Source: Brevinema andersonii
Lineage (GTDB): Bacteria; Spirochaetota; DYKD01
Direction: 5' to 3'
DNA length: 64,000 bases
Assembly: GCA_020722765.1 (NCBI GenBank)
Contig: DYKD01000005.1
Coordinates: forward strand, 6,327 to 70,326
Part shown: one piece after another, positions 48,784 to 57,911 of the stretch
Position numbering within the stretch: the first letter of the stretch is position 1
How the letters are laid out: every line of letters starts with the position of its first letter
The notes under the pieces: model-generated
Told to the model about the DNA's origin: nothing
The model's database searches: none
The model's input: the letters and a program-made list of their open reading frames with translations, nothing else
Made by a program: the position numbers and the translations under genes

Positions 48784-50661
48784 ATGAAACAGGCTGGTAT
48801 ATGCTTTATATTGTTTTTTTTGCCAGTTCTCTTGTTTTCATCACAAGATTATTATGTTAATGATGGGACACTGAGTGGGGATGTCTGGTGTTCTGCTGTT
48901 GGCGCTTCAGGGAATGATGGGTTGTCAACAGCCACTCCCAAGAATTCGATTATGGGAATCATAACTAATTATAAGTTATATCCTGGTGATATCGTCTATG
49001 TTGATACGGGAACTTATAATGAAAAAGTTGTCATCGGAACAAATGACAGGGGCAATACGAACAACGTTCTCTCTTTTATAGCCAGCTCTAATGGAGCTGT
49101 GATAGATTCTCCCACTAGTGGTTCTGAAGCGGATTCTTCCATTGCCTTAAAGCCTGGTCATTATTTGAAAATAAAAGGGTTCAGGTTAACAGGCTCTTAT
49201 GCTGGAATCTTTATGTGGAATGACTCGAAACACAATCTGATTCAAGGGAACTATATTTATAAGAATACAACAGACGGAATCAAGGTGGGAAGACCTGGCA
49301 GTGATCGGGCATACAGTAATATCATTTATGCTAATCAGTGCTTTTCAAACGATGGGAATGGGATTTATCTGAGTAGCCCAAATGAATTGTGGAAACATGG
49401 TAATCTTGTATCACGGAATAACTGTTTTGATAATAAGGTAAGTGGAATACTTGTCTATTACTCTGATTACAACTTGATTAGTCAGAATATTTTGGAGGGG
49501 AATAATATTAGTGGATCAGGTGGTGGGGCCTTGAATCTTGATGGGAATGCTGATTACAATGTTATAGAATATAATACCTTGTTTTCAAACAAATTATGGG
49601 GATTTTATGTTGCATCAGGAACAGGAACAATCCTGAGAAATTGTATCAGTGTTGGGCATCAGCGGGGTTACGAGGCAAATAGCGCACTCTCTGTCACCTA
49701 TTCTGTATCCCATAAAGATGCATATAATGGGGCCTCGGTTAATGGTGGTAACTTTTTAAGTGGAACTGGTTGTATGACGAATAATCCGAATTTCGGGAAT
49801 ATGCCAAATGATTTATGGTTAAAGTTTGATTCTCCGTTAATAGATAAAGGAACAACGAATAAGGCTAAGTCTTCAATAGGCCGTTTTGCAGCTTCAGTAA
49901 CACCGGTTATCCTCAATGCTTGCAGTTCAACTACCCATACTAATAGTTTTGTGACAACTTATGCAGGCTCTATTCCGAAAAATGGGAATATTATGTTTAA
50001 GTATCCATCATCGTTCTCTTTTGGGACTTTAGCTGTAACCACGACAAGTCGATGGGGAGGAACACCAGGAACTTTTTCTGTTACGGCATTGGGTGATGGG
50101 CTTATCCGTATTTCAAGGGGTAATGATGGGACCTCAAGCACTCCTGGAGAAGCAGAAAACCTGATCATTTCGGGCATTGTTAATTCATCATCTCCCTCCA
50201 ATAGGTATAGGATTTCATTTTGGACCACTACCTCCAATGGTGATATGATCGACTTCCCGGATGAATCGAATGAGTTTCGGATTACGAATGGCGCTTGTGT
50301 CTCTCCTTCTTTCTCGCTTTCAAAAAACATATTGAATATTTTGCCAGGTGGTTCTCCAGTCCCTGGAGCTGCAATAGAATATAGGATAAAGTGTTCAAAT
50401 ACCAGTGGTTCAACCTTAAGTAATTTAATTGTTGTGGATAAGCTCCCGGCATACGCGGCCTATATCACGAATGGGGTAACCTTCCAATCCGGATGGACCA
50501 ATTCCATAGCAACGAATCCAACCCCTGTCCAGACATACGAGAGTTCAGATTATTTTCAGTTTACGAACTTATTGTCAAATGTCAGATGGGTTCGATGGAA
50601 GAAGAAATATATGAATCTGAATGAATCTGCAGAGTTCATATATAGGGTGGTAATAAAATAA
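48784..50661 (+). CDS. secreted parallel beta-helix repeat protein with DUF11-like C-terminus (paralog b)
   Basis: Collinear with the C-terminal 600 aa of the 44805 protein (beta-helix block + shared about 250-aa C-terminal region). Signal peptide. Confidence 0.55.
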   Translation: MKQAGICFILFFLPVLLFSSQDYYVNDGTLSGDVWCSAVGASGNDGLSTATPKNSIMGIITNYKLYPGDIVYVDTGTYNEKVVIGTNDRGNTNNVLSFIASSNGAVIDSPTSGSEADSSIALKPGHYLKIKGFRLTGSYAGIFMWNDSKHNLIQGNYIYKNTTDGIKVGRPGSDRAYSNIIYANQCFSNDGNGIYLSSPNELWKHGNLVSRNNCFDNKVSGILVYYSDYNLISQNILEGNNISGSGGGALNLDGNADYNVIEYNTLFSNKLWGFYVASGTGTILRNCISVGHQRGYEANSALSVTYSVSHKDAYNGASVNGGNFLSGTGCMTNNPNFGNMPNDLWLKFDSPLIDKGTTNKAKSSIGRFAASVTPVILNACSSTTHTNSFVTTYAGSIPKNGNIMFKYPSSFSFGTLAVTTTSRWGGTPGTFSVTALGDGLIRISRGNDGTSSTPGEAENLIISGIVNSSSPSNRYRISFWTTTSNGDMIDFPDESNEFRITNGACVSPSFSLSKNILNILPGGSPVPGAAIEYRIKCSNTSGSTLSNLIVVDKLPAYAAYITNGVTFQSGWTNSIATNPTPVQTYESSDYFQFTNLLSNVRWVRWKKKYMNLNESAEFIYRVVIK

Positions 50662-50692
50662 TAATGCAATTCATATTCCAAAGGAGTTTTTG

Positions 50693-53140
50693 ATGTTATA
50701 CGGACGATTTGATGATCTTGAAAAAGAGTATGTGATTGATAGACCCGATACGCCTTTGCCATGGCTGAATTATCTGGGGCAGGATGAGTTTTTCGGTCTG
50801 TGTACCAATACGGCAGGTGGGTACACTTTCTGGAAAGATGCAAAACTACGTAGGCTTACAAGGTACAGGTACAATAGTGTTCCCTATGATTCCGTAGGAA
50901 GATATCTTTATGTGAATGACAATGGGACGGTCTGGAATCCCGGATGGAAACCTGTCAAACGGAAACTTGACAAATATGAGTGTAGGCATGGGTTGGGGTA
51001 TACTCGTTTCATCTCATCTGTCGACAATGTTGAAGTGGAAATGCTTGTTTTTGTCCCTCTTGCCAAGAATATGGAAATCTGGAAAATCACTGTGCGCAAC
51101 AAGTCCAACAAGTTTAAGCATATAGACCTTTTTTCCTATCAGGAATTTAATTTTTATGATGCTTTAAATGATATGACTAACTTTCAACGTACTTTTTCCA
51201 TTGGTGAAGTAGAAGTTGAAGGAAATGCCATATATCATAAGACGGAATATAGGGAGAGACGCAATCATTATACCATGTTTGCATCCACAAAAGATTTGGT
51301 CGGGTTTGACACTTCTCGTGACGTATTTGTCGGTGTTCATAATGGTTTGCATGAAGCAAATGTCCCGTTCTCCGGTAAATCGACCGATTCTATGGCTTTT
51401 GGATGGAATCCAGTGGGAAGCCATCATTTGAAAGTTTCGCTTGAACCTGGGCAGGAAGAGTCTTTTGCTCTTATGTTGGCATATATAGAAAATGAGGAAT
51501 CTGAGAAGTTCGATGCGTCTGGAGCGTTAAACAAACGCAAGGGGCGTGAGCTGTTAAAAGAATACTCTGATATCAACGTTGTTGATGCGGAGTTTCAAAA
51601 ATTGTGTCAGTATTGGGATGACCTGTTGTCCAAATTTAAGGTGAATAGCCCCAATGAGCATGTGAATAGGATGCTCAATATCTGGAATCAGTATCAATGT
51701 ATGGTCACTTTCAATCTTTCGCGTTCCGCCTCCTTGTATGAATCCGGAATTGGGCGTGGCATGGGGTATAGGGATTCAAACCAGGATGTGCTCGGTTTTG
51801 TTCATCTGATCCCAGAGAGGGCAAGAGAAAGAATCCTTGATATCGCGGCTACACAGCTTTCTGATGGTACTTGCTATCATCAGTATCAGCCACTCACGAA
51901 AAAGGGAAACAAGGATATTGGTGGTGATTTTTATGATGATCATCTTTGGCTGATCCTTTCCACAAGCTCCTATATCAAGGAGACTGGAGATCTTTCCATC
52001 CTGGATGAAAGGATAGGATATGCTGATAAGACCTATTCCAATCAGATGGGAAAAGAGAGCTTGCTACATCATCTGGAGACATCTGTTGCATATACTTTGG
52101 CAAAACGTGGACCACATGGATTACCTCTTATCGGGCATGCGGATTGGAATGATTGTCTGAATCTGAATTGTTTTTCTCGTGAGCCAAATGAGAGTTTTCA
52201 GACTGCTGGTGATGTCCGTGACTCCAAGGCCGAATCCGTCATGATTGCTGGCCTTTTCCTATACGCCACTCGTGAAATGGAAGCTCTCTATTCTTTCATG
52301 GGCAAAGGGGATGATGCACAAAGGATGCAATCCAATTATAAGACAATGTTAGAATCCGTTGAGTCTCAGGCGTGGGATGGCGAATGGTATTTGCGTGCCT
52401 TTGACGCGTCTGGTCATCCCATAGGAAGCAAGCAGAATGTTGAAGGGAAGATTTTCATTGAAAGTCAAGGATGGTGTGTATTGGGAGGTGCTGGGTTTTC
52501 AAATGGTCGTGCTACGAAAGCGTTAGAAAGCGTTCATAAGCACCTTTTTACTAAAAATGGAATTATGTTACAGCAACCCCCTTATTCAAAGTATTATCCT
52601 GAATTAGGAGAGATCAGTTCTTATCCACCAGGAGTCAAGGAGAATGCCGGTATTTTTGCCCATAATAATACTTGGATAAATTTGGCTCTTTGCCAGCTTG
52701 GTTTGGGGGATCGTGCTTTGGAATATTATCTTTCAATTTGTCCTTCTGCTAAACAGGATCAGATAGAAACCTATAGGTCAGAACCCTATGTCTATGCGCA
52801 GATGATTGCTGGTAAGGATGCTCCCTGTTTTGGAGAGGCAAAAAACTCTTGGCTAACTGGAACAGCTGCTTGGACATTTTTAACAGCCAGTCAGGGATTG
52901 ATGGGGGTTAAACCTCAATTTGATGGATTAATGATAGACCCTTGTATTCCTAAAGATTGGGACAATCTTGAGATTATTCGTGAGTTCAGAGGTCACGTCT
53001 ATATCATCACTATCAAAAATCCTGATAAGGTGTCAAAGGGAGTGGTTAAGGTTGTCATGGACGGTGTAACTCTCAGTAGCAACATTTTACCTGTTAAGGG
53101 TGCTACGCAGACTCATCAAGTTGAAGTCCTGTTAGGTTGA
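50693..53140 (+). CDS. GH94-family phosphorylase (paralog b), cytoplasmic
   Basis: 'MLYGRFDDLEKEYVIDRPDTPLPWLNYLG'. Collinear with paralog a. ATG 50693 with AAGGAG RBS at spacing 6 (track start TTG 50690). Confidence 0.75.
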   Translation: MLYGRFDDLEKEYVIDRPDTPLPWLNYLGQDEFFGLCTNTAGGYTFWKDAKLRRLTRYRYNSVPYDSVGRYLYVNDNGTVWNPGWKPVKRKLDKYECRHGLGYTRFISSVDNVEVEMLVFVPLAKNMEIWKITVRNKSNKFKHIDLFSYQEFNFYDALNDMTNFQRTFSIGEVEVEGNAIYHKTEYRERRNHYTMFASTKDLVGFDTSRDVFVGVHNGLHEANVPFSGKSTDSMAFGWNPVGSHHLKVSLEPGQEESFALMLAYIENEESEKFDASGALNKRKGRELLKEYSDINVVDAEFQKLCQYWDDLLSKFKVNSPNEHVNRMLNIWNQYQCMVTFNLSRSASLYESGIGRGMGYRDSNQDVLGFVHLIPERARERILDIAATQLSDGTCYHQYQPLTKKGNKDIGGDFYDDHLWLILSTSSYIKETGDLSILDERIGYADKTYSNQMGKESLLHHLETSVAYTLAKRGPHGLPLIGHADWNDCLNLNCFSREPNESFQTAGDVRDSKAESVMIAGLFLYATREMEALYSFMGKGDDAQRMQSNYKTMLESVESQAWDGEWYLRAFDASGHPIGSKQNVEGKIFIESQGWCVLGGAGFSNGRATKALESVHKHLFTKNGIMLQQPPYSKYYPELGEISSYPPGVKENAGIFAHNNTWINLALCQLGLGDRALEYYLSICPSAKQDQIETYRSEPYVYAQMIAGKDAPCFGEAKNSWLTGTAAWTFLTASQGLMGVKPQFDGLMIDPCIPKDWDNLEIIREFRGHVYIITIKNPDKVSKGVVKVVMDGVTLSSNILPVKGATQTHQVEVLLG

Positions 53141-53559
53141 TTTTTTAATATATTAATGCCCCTTCATTATTTATCTTCATCGGCAATCCTAAAAACCTGT
53201 TTTCTGGAATTTCCTGTGAAGTTGGGTGAAGGAAATACGCATACAGCTTTCTGAAAAAAAACAAGACGCAGGGTTAAATATTTCGGTTTTCATGCGCACA
53301 AGACGGAAATGTTAGTGATTGAAGCGCGTTATAATGTGCATATTCCAATGATTGATGAGTAGCATGTGTAACTGAACGGGATCATTAACAGGTTGTATGA
53401 TGCTTGCACAGGGGGGACAAGGAACAGAGGGATTCCGGTTGCATGACCGCCATCAGGGAAGTGAATATAAAATCAATGCTTTTTCCTTATTAAAAAAATT
53501 TGGGAATTACTGGATTGTTTTGTAATTTGTAGTTATGATCTGGGAATAAGGATACCCTA

Positions 53560-53708
53560 TTGCGAAACATTGAACGGGTCTTTAACAGTCCTTCTTTCAA
53601 CAAAATGCTTTCTACTGAAACAATCCGGAGCAGAAGATATAAGTCTCCACTCAGTCTGATCATGTTTGATATAGATCATTTCAAGTTGGATAATGAAAGT
53701 CATATCTG
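53560..53708 (+). pseudogene. internal fragment of a GGDEF-domain diguanylate cyclase gene (remnant)
   Basis: Translation 'RSRRYKSPLSLIMFDIDHFKLDNESHI*' matches the conserved R..RY..PLSL.M.DIDHFK.IND..GH block of GGDEF domains. Truncated before the GGDEF catalytic loop. No start codon or RBS. Lies in a 560-bp non-coding stretch. Confidence 0.6.
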
Positions 53709-53725
53709 AAATAAAAGGAGTGCTG

Positions 53726-54154
53726 ATGAAAGTAAAGAAAGGTAATGTAAAAGGATATCATCTTCTTGGATTGCAGAAGGATGAACTGCTTTATGAGACG
53801 CTCGTTGATTATTGCAGACAGAACCATATTCACAACGGTATGATCCAGGGTATTGGTTCACTGCAGATATTGAATCTGGCATATTATGATCAGACGAAAA
53901 AGGAATATGTGAACCTTTCAAGGAACGAACGGGTTGAGATTGTAAACATGACAGGTGATATCAGTATCAAGCAAGATCAGATTTTTGTACATGTGCATCT
54001 TTCTGTTTCAGGACGTGATACTAAGGTTTATGGGGGGCATCTCCTGCCGGAATCCTCTGTTTTTGCTGCGGAAGTGACAATTGTGGAATTTGATGGAGAA
54101 CCGTTCGTGAGGGAATTGGATGCGGAAACAGGGCTTTCCCTGTGGAATTCTTAG
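53726..54154 (+). CDS. PPC/DUF296-domain protein
   Basis: 'GYHLLGL...EILNLAYYDQ...HVHLSVSGRDTKVYGGHLLPESSVFAAEVTIVEF' pattern of PPC (DUF296) proteins. AAGGAG RBS. Confidence 0.6.
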   Translation: MKVKKGNVKGYHLLGLQKDELLYETLVDYCRQNHIHNGMIQGIGSLQILNLAYYDQTKKEYVNLSRNERVEIVNMTGDISIKQDQIFVHVHLSVSGRDTKVYGGHLLPESSVFAAEVTIVEFDGEPFVRELDAETGLSLWNS

Positions 54155-54172
54155 GGACAAAGGTGTGATGTT

Positions 54173-55015
54173 ATGTCCAGAATGATCAATGTAAAAAAAA
54201 TTTATGATGTTGTCAGGAAAGGTGTTGGTGACAGTAATTTTTTTCTTCCTCCTTATGTCAAACAGAAGATAAAAAACTCGGCTGCCAAAGAAAAAAATGC
54301 TTCTGCGAAAATGGCTTGTGAGCTTATCAGAAAAAATTATGAGATGTCTGAAAAGAACCGCACTCCCATTTGCCAGGATACGGGTTTGATTGTGGTAATG
54401 CTGGAAATAGGGCAGGATGTGGTCATCAAGGGGGGGGACCTGCATGATGTCATCAACAAAGCCGTTGCTGACGGTAGTCAAGAGTCTTATTTGAGGAACT
54501 CTATAGTTGCAGACCCTTTCCAACGGGTGAATACAGGAAATAATGCTCCCGCAGTCATACATACGGAAGTCGTGAAAGGTGACAAGGTGAAGGTGACTGT
54601 CATGCCAAAAGGTGGTGGAGCGGAGAATATGTCTTTTGTCAAGATGCTCTCACCCTCCGCTGGTGTTGAAGGTGTAGAGGATGAGGTTGTTGCATGGGTG
54701 AAAAAAGCAGGAACAAACCCCTGTCCTCCCATCATTGTTGGTGTGGGAGTAGGTGGTAATTTCGAATATTGTGCCATGCTTGCAAAAAAAGCCTTGCTCA
54801 GGAACGGTCCAAACAGGAATTCCTTCTATAATAAACTGGAGCAGAGGCTTTTCAAACGGATCAATGCTTTGGGCATTGGGCCACAGGTGCCGCAAGGCGG
54901 CACGGGCACTGCGCTGGCCGTTCATGTGGAGTCCGCACCCTGCCACATTGCCACTCTCCCGCTGGCTGTGAACATCAATTGCCATGTCTCCCGTTACAAG
55001 GAATATCTCCTATGA
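54173..55015 (+). CDS. class I (Fe-S) fumarate hydratase / tartrate dehydratase family, alpha subunit
   Basis: 'CQDTGLIVV' and 'MPKGGGAENMS' motifs of the class I hydro-lyase catalytic domain. Confidence 0.8.
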   Translation: MSRMINVKKIYDVVRKGVGDSNFFLPPYVKQKIKNSAAKEKNASAKMACELIRKNYEMSEKNRTPICQDTGLIVVMLEIGQDVVIKGGDLHDVINKAVADGSQESYLRNSIVADPFQRVNTGNNAPAVIHTEVVKGDKVKVTVMPKGGGAENMSFVKMLSPSAGVEGVEDEVVAWVKKAGTNPCPPIIVGVGVGGNFEYCAMLAKKALLRNGPNRNSFYNKLEQRLFKRINALGIGPQVPQGGTGTALAVHVESAPCHIATLPLAVNINCHVSRYKEYLL

Positions 55016-55515
55016 AAGCAGTGAAACTCCAGTTGCCATTACAGCCAGCGGACATCAAACGGCTCAAAACAGGGATGTTTGTTCTTCTTAGCGGAACTGT
55101 CTATACTGCACGTGATGCGGCCCATAAGAAAATAGTCCAGGCTATTAAAAAGAAGAAGAAATTGCCGTTTGATTTGCAGGGTGCGGCCATTTATTATGTC
55201 GGGCCAGCGCCGTGCCCGCCCGATCGGACGATCGGGCCCTGTGGCCCCACTACAAGCTACAGGATGGACAAGTATGCTCCCCTGCTTATGCAGAAAGGTG
55301 TGCGTGTCATGATCGGTAAAGGTGAACGTAACGATGAGGTTGTCAGGACCATACAGGAGACTGGCTCAGTCTATTTTGTAACTGTGGGAGGAATCGCTTC
55401 CTTGCTTGCAGAAAAAGTGATTAGCAACAGGCTTGTGGCTTTTCCAGAACTGGGACCAGAGTCTGTCAGGGAACTGGTCATAAAGGATTTTCCCTGTTTT
55501 GTCAAGAATATCTGA
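55012..55515 (+). CDS. class I fumarate hydratase / tartrate dehydratase family, beta subunit
   Basis: 'GTVYTARDAAHKK...YYVGPAP...MIGKGER' swivel beta-subunit pattern. ATG overlaps the alpha stop (ATGA). Confidence 0.75.
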   Translation: MKAVKLQLPLQPADIKRLKTGMFVLLSGTVYTARDAAHKKIVQAIKKKKKLPFDLQGAAIYYVGPAPCPPDRTIGPCGPTTSYRMDKYAPLLMQKGVRVMIGKGERNDEVVRTIQETGSVYFVTVGGIASLLAEKVISNRLVAFPELGPESVRELVIKDFPCFVKNI

Positions 55516-55563
55516 TTTGAGCTTAAAGAGGAGAGGAAGGCTTTTTTCGGTTTTTCCAAAAAA

Positions 55564-55592
55564 CTTGACATCTTCCGGTTTTTTGTGTATCA
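55564..55592 (+). promoter_or_regulatory. sigma70-like promoter TTGACA-N17-TATCAT, possibly giving a leaderless transcript for the MBL-fold gene
   Basis: -35 TTGACA 55564-55569, 17-nt spacer, -10 TATCAT 55587-55592. The ATG at 55601 is only about 9 nt downstream and has no RBS. Confidence 0.4.
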
Positions 55593-55600
55593 TTAAGCCA

Positions 55601-56512
55601 ATGGAAAATGCATTGAAAAAACTTGTTTCTGTACTTCTCTTTTCTTTCCTGCTTTTTCTCGTTCTCCCCATTATGGCAGGTGAGCGCTCTCAGGTGCTTG
55701 TTCAGTTTCTTGATGTCAAAAATGGCAACGCTGTTTTTATTACCACCCCGTCTGGAAAAAATGTCCTTGTCGATTCAGGTGATGGTACTGATGGTCTTCT
55801 TTCCTGGTTCCGTTCCAAAAGCATCAAAAGAATTGATTATGCGGTGATTACATGTCCTGATACAAGAAATATTGGCGGTTTCTCGGAACTCATCAGTGGC
55901 GGTATGGATATTGGTGAGTTTTTTGCACCTGATGTGTATGGCGCGCCTTCTGCTTTTGAATCCTTGTTAGAAGAGATCATGTTGAAACAGGACGAGCTTG
56001 CATCAAGTGGTAACAAGGAATCTGCCATTATGGATGCCCTCAATAACAAGAAACATTTTGAATTTCAGAACATAACGAGCGGGTCGGTTCTTCCTTGGGA
56101 TCAGAATATGTCTGTTGCTGTTATCGGTCCTTATCAGACTTACAGGAATACCAAGGCAAACCTTGACAACAATTCTCTTGTATTGAAGATGACTTACGGA
56201 ACTCATAGCTTCCTCATGACTGGGAACATGCAGGCTGAAGCATGCAGGGATTTGACCAAACTTGGCAGCAAGATCCAGTCTACTGTCTTGCAGATTCCCA
56301 GCAACGGTTCGGGGTTTGCGGTTTCAGACCCATTTTATCAGAAAGTGGCCCCTAAATATGCAATAGCCCAGACAGGATCTAAAGGTATTGTGGCTACAGG
56401 AATTTCTTCTGTATTGAACGCACAAGGAACTGTTGTTGTTTCTACTGCTGAGAAAGGTGCTGTTGTTCTCAGTTCGGATGGTATCACCTTGAATGTCAAA
56501 ACTGATAAATAA
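55601..56512 (+). CDS. secreted MBL-fold (ComEC/lactamase-B-like) protein with all metal-binding residues substituted
   Basis: Signal peptide. 'VLVQFLDVKNGNAVFITTPSGKNVLVDSGDG' ComEC-type MBL N-terminus. The HxHxDH position reads 'CPDTRN' (55853-55870). The 'KVGHHGS' position reads 'QIPSNGS'. Confidence 0.6.
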   Translation: MENALKKLVSVLLFSFLLFLVLPIMAGERSQVLVQFLDVKNGNAVFITTPSGKNVLVDSGDGTDGLLSWFRSKSIKRIDYAVITCPDTRNIGGFSELISGGMDIGEFFAPDVYGAPSAFESLLEEIMLKQDELASSGNKESAIMDALNNKKHFEFQNITSGSVLPWDQNMSVAVIGPYQTYRNTKANLDNNSLVLKMTYGTHSFLMTGNMQAEACRDLTKLGSKIQSTVLQIPSNGSGFAVSDPFYQKVAPKYAIAQTGSKGIVATGISSVLNAQGTVVVSTAEKGAVVLSSDGITLNVKTDK

Positions 56513-56521
56513 GAGGAGGTC

Positions 56522-57367
56522 ATGAGCATGACCAATATTTGGTATTATATCCGCGATGAGATTCTGATGTATGTTTACGATAATCTCATTGTTGTCAATT
56601 TAGAACTCATCAAAGGGATATTCCTGGCTCTTGTCATTCTCCTGGCAGGATGGATTGTAGGAAAAATTGTTGAATTGGTTATCAAGCTGATTCTTAAAAT
56701 TGTCCATTTTGACGATATCTGTGACAGGACAGGAATCACGAAACTTATGGAAAATGGTGGTATTCATAACATCCCCTCAAATGCGGTTGCTGTGTTTTTC
56801 TATTGGATCATACTTCTCATAACTTTTGTTCTGGCTATTGATAAGATCCTCTCATCAAGTTCATTCCAGGCGATCATGGTCCTTATCAAGTTCATACCTA
56901 CCGCTTTCCTTGCCCTCCTTATATTGATCATCGGTCTTGCTCTTGGTTATTTCTTTTCCAAGATGATCAAGGGATTTGTCATCAATACAGGCGCAGGAAC
57001 AAAATTTTCTGTTTTTCTCGAAAAGGCTTTTTTTGTCGCATTTGCTGTTTTCACCGTCATGCTGGCACTCCAGAAACTGGGTGTGCCAAGGATTGTCACG
57101 GCCTCCATTATTGACAACCTCATCAAGTTCGGTATCATTGGTGTTGCCATAGCGTTCGGTATAGGTACAAAAAATTTCGCAGAGGATTTCCTCTCTTATT
57201 TCAAGATCATGTCCGCTTTCCCGAAAGGTTCGGAAATTCTCATTGATGGGGAAAAGGCCATTGTCAAGGAAATTCGTCTTTTCCATACTCTGCTCTATAT
57301 GGAAAAGGGTATCATGGATCTTCCCAATGCGACGTTGTCCAGGAAGATTGTTAAGAAGATAGTCTAG
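56522..57367 (+). CDS. mechanosensitive ion channel, MscS family (probable)
   Basis: Several TM helices followed by 'ILIDGEKAIVKEIRLFHTLLYMEKGIMDLPNATL', resembling the MscS beta-domain. Confidence 0.5.
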   Translation: MSMTNIWYYIRDEILMYVYDNLIVVNLELIKGIFLALVILLAGWIVGKIVELVIKLILKIVHFDDICDRTGITKLMENGGIHNIPSNAVAVFFYWIILLITFVLAIDKILSSSSFQAIMVLIKFIPTAFLALLILIIGLALGYFFSKMIKGFVINTGAGTKFSVFLEKAFFVAFAVFTVMLALQKLGVPRIVTASIIDNLIKFGIIGVAIAFGIGTKNFAEDFLSYFKIMSAFPKGSEILIDGEKAIVKEIRLFHTLLYMEKGIMDLPNATLSRKIVKKIV

Positions 57368-57376
57368 GAGGATCCC

Positions 57377-57901
57377 ATGGCCTTGAACAACCTGTTCACA
57401 TCCAAGGAAGATGAGGAAGTTGCAAAAGTACTCGGCAAAATCAATATCTTTGAGGATCTCACACTCATGGAACGTGTGAAGATTTCAGCTTATTTCCGAA
57501 AAAAGAACTATCCTGCAGGTATTGCCATTTTTCATGAGGAAGACAAGGCAGACCGCATGTTTGTCATTCGTGACGGCGCAGTGCGTGTCACCAAGAATGT
57601 TGGTGGCGAAGAGAAGACTCTTGTCAACCTGGTGGATGGTAACTTTATCGGTGAAATGGGGCTTCTTGAGGAATCCCCAAGATCTGCCTCTGTTTTTGCC
57701 ATTTCCAATGTGGATATGTTGGAGTTGTATAGGGTCAATCTGCTTCAAATTATAAAGAAACATCCTGATATTGGCGTAAAAATAATGTTCAACCTTGCAA
57801 AAATACTGTCTCAACGTATTCGTCAGTCAGGCGACCGAATCAAGGATCTTCTAACTTGGGAATACCTGCGGAAAGATAGCGACGATAAAAAGAACGATTG
57901 A
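57377..57901 (+). CDS. cyclic-nucleotide-binding domain protein
   Basis: 'FIGEMGLLEESPRSASVFA' cNMP-binding phosphate-binding cassette. AGGAGG RBS. Confidence 0.75.
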   Translation: MALNNLFTSKEDEEVAKVLGKINIFEDLTLMERVKISAYFRKKNYPAGIAIFHEEDKADRMFVIRDGAVRVTKNVGGEEKTLVNLVDGNFIGEMGLLEESPRSASVFAISNVDMLELYRVNLLQIIKKHPDIGVKIMFNLAKILSQRIRQSGDRIKDLLTWEYLRKDSDDKKND

Positions 57902-57911
57902 GTCTCCCTCA

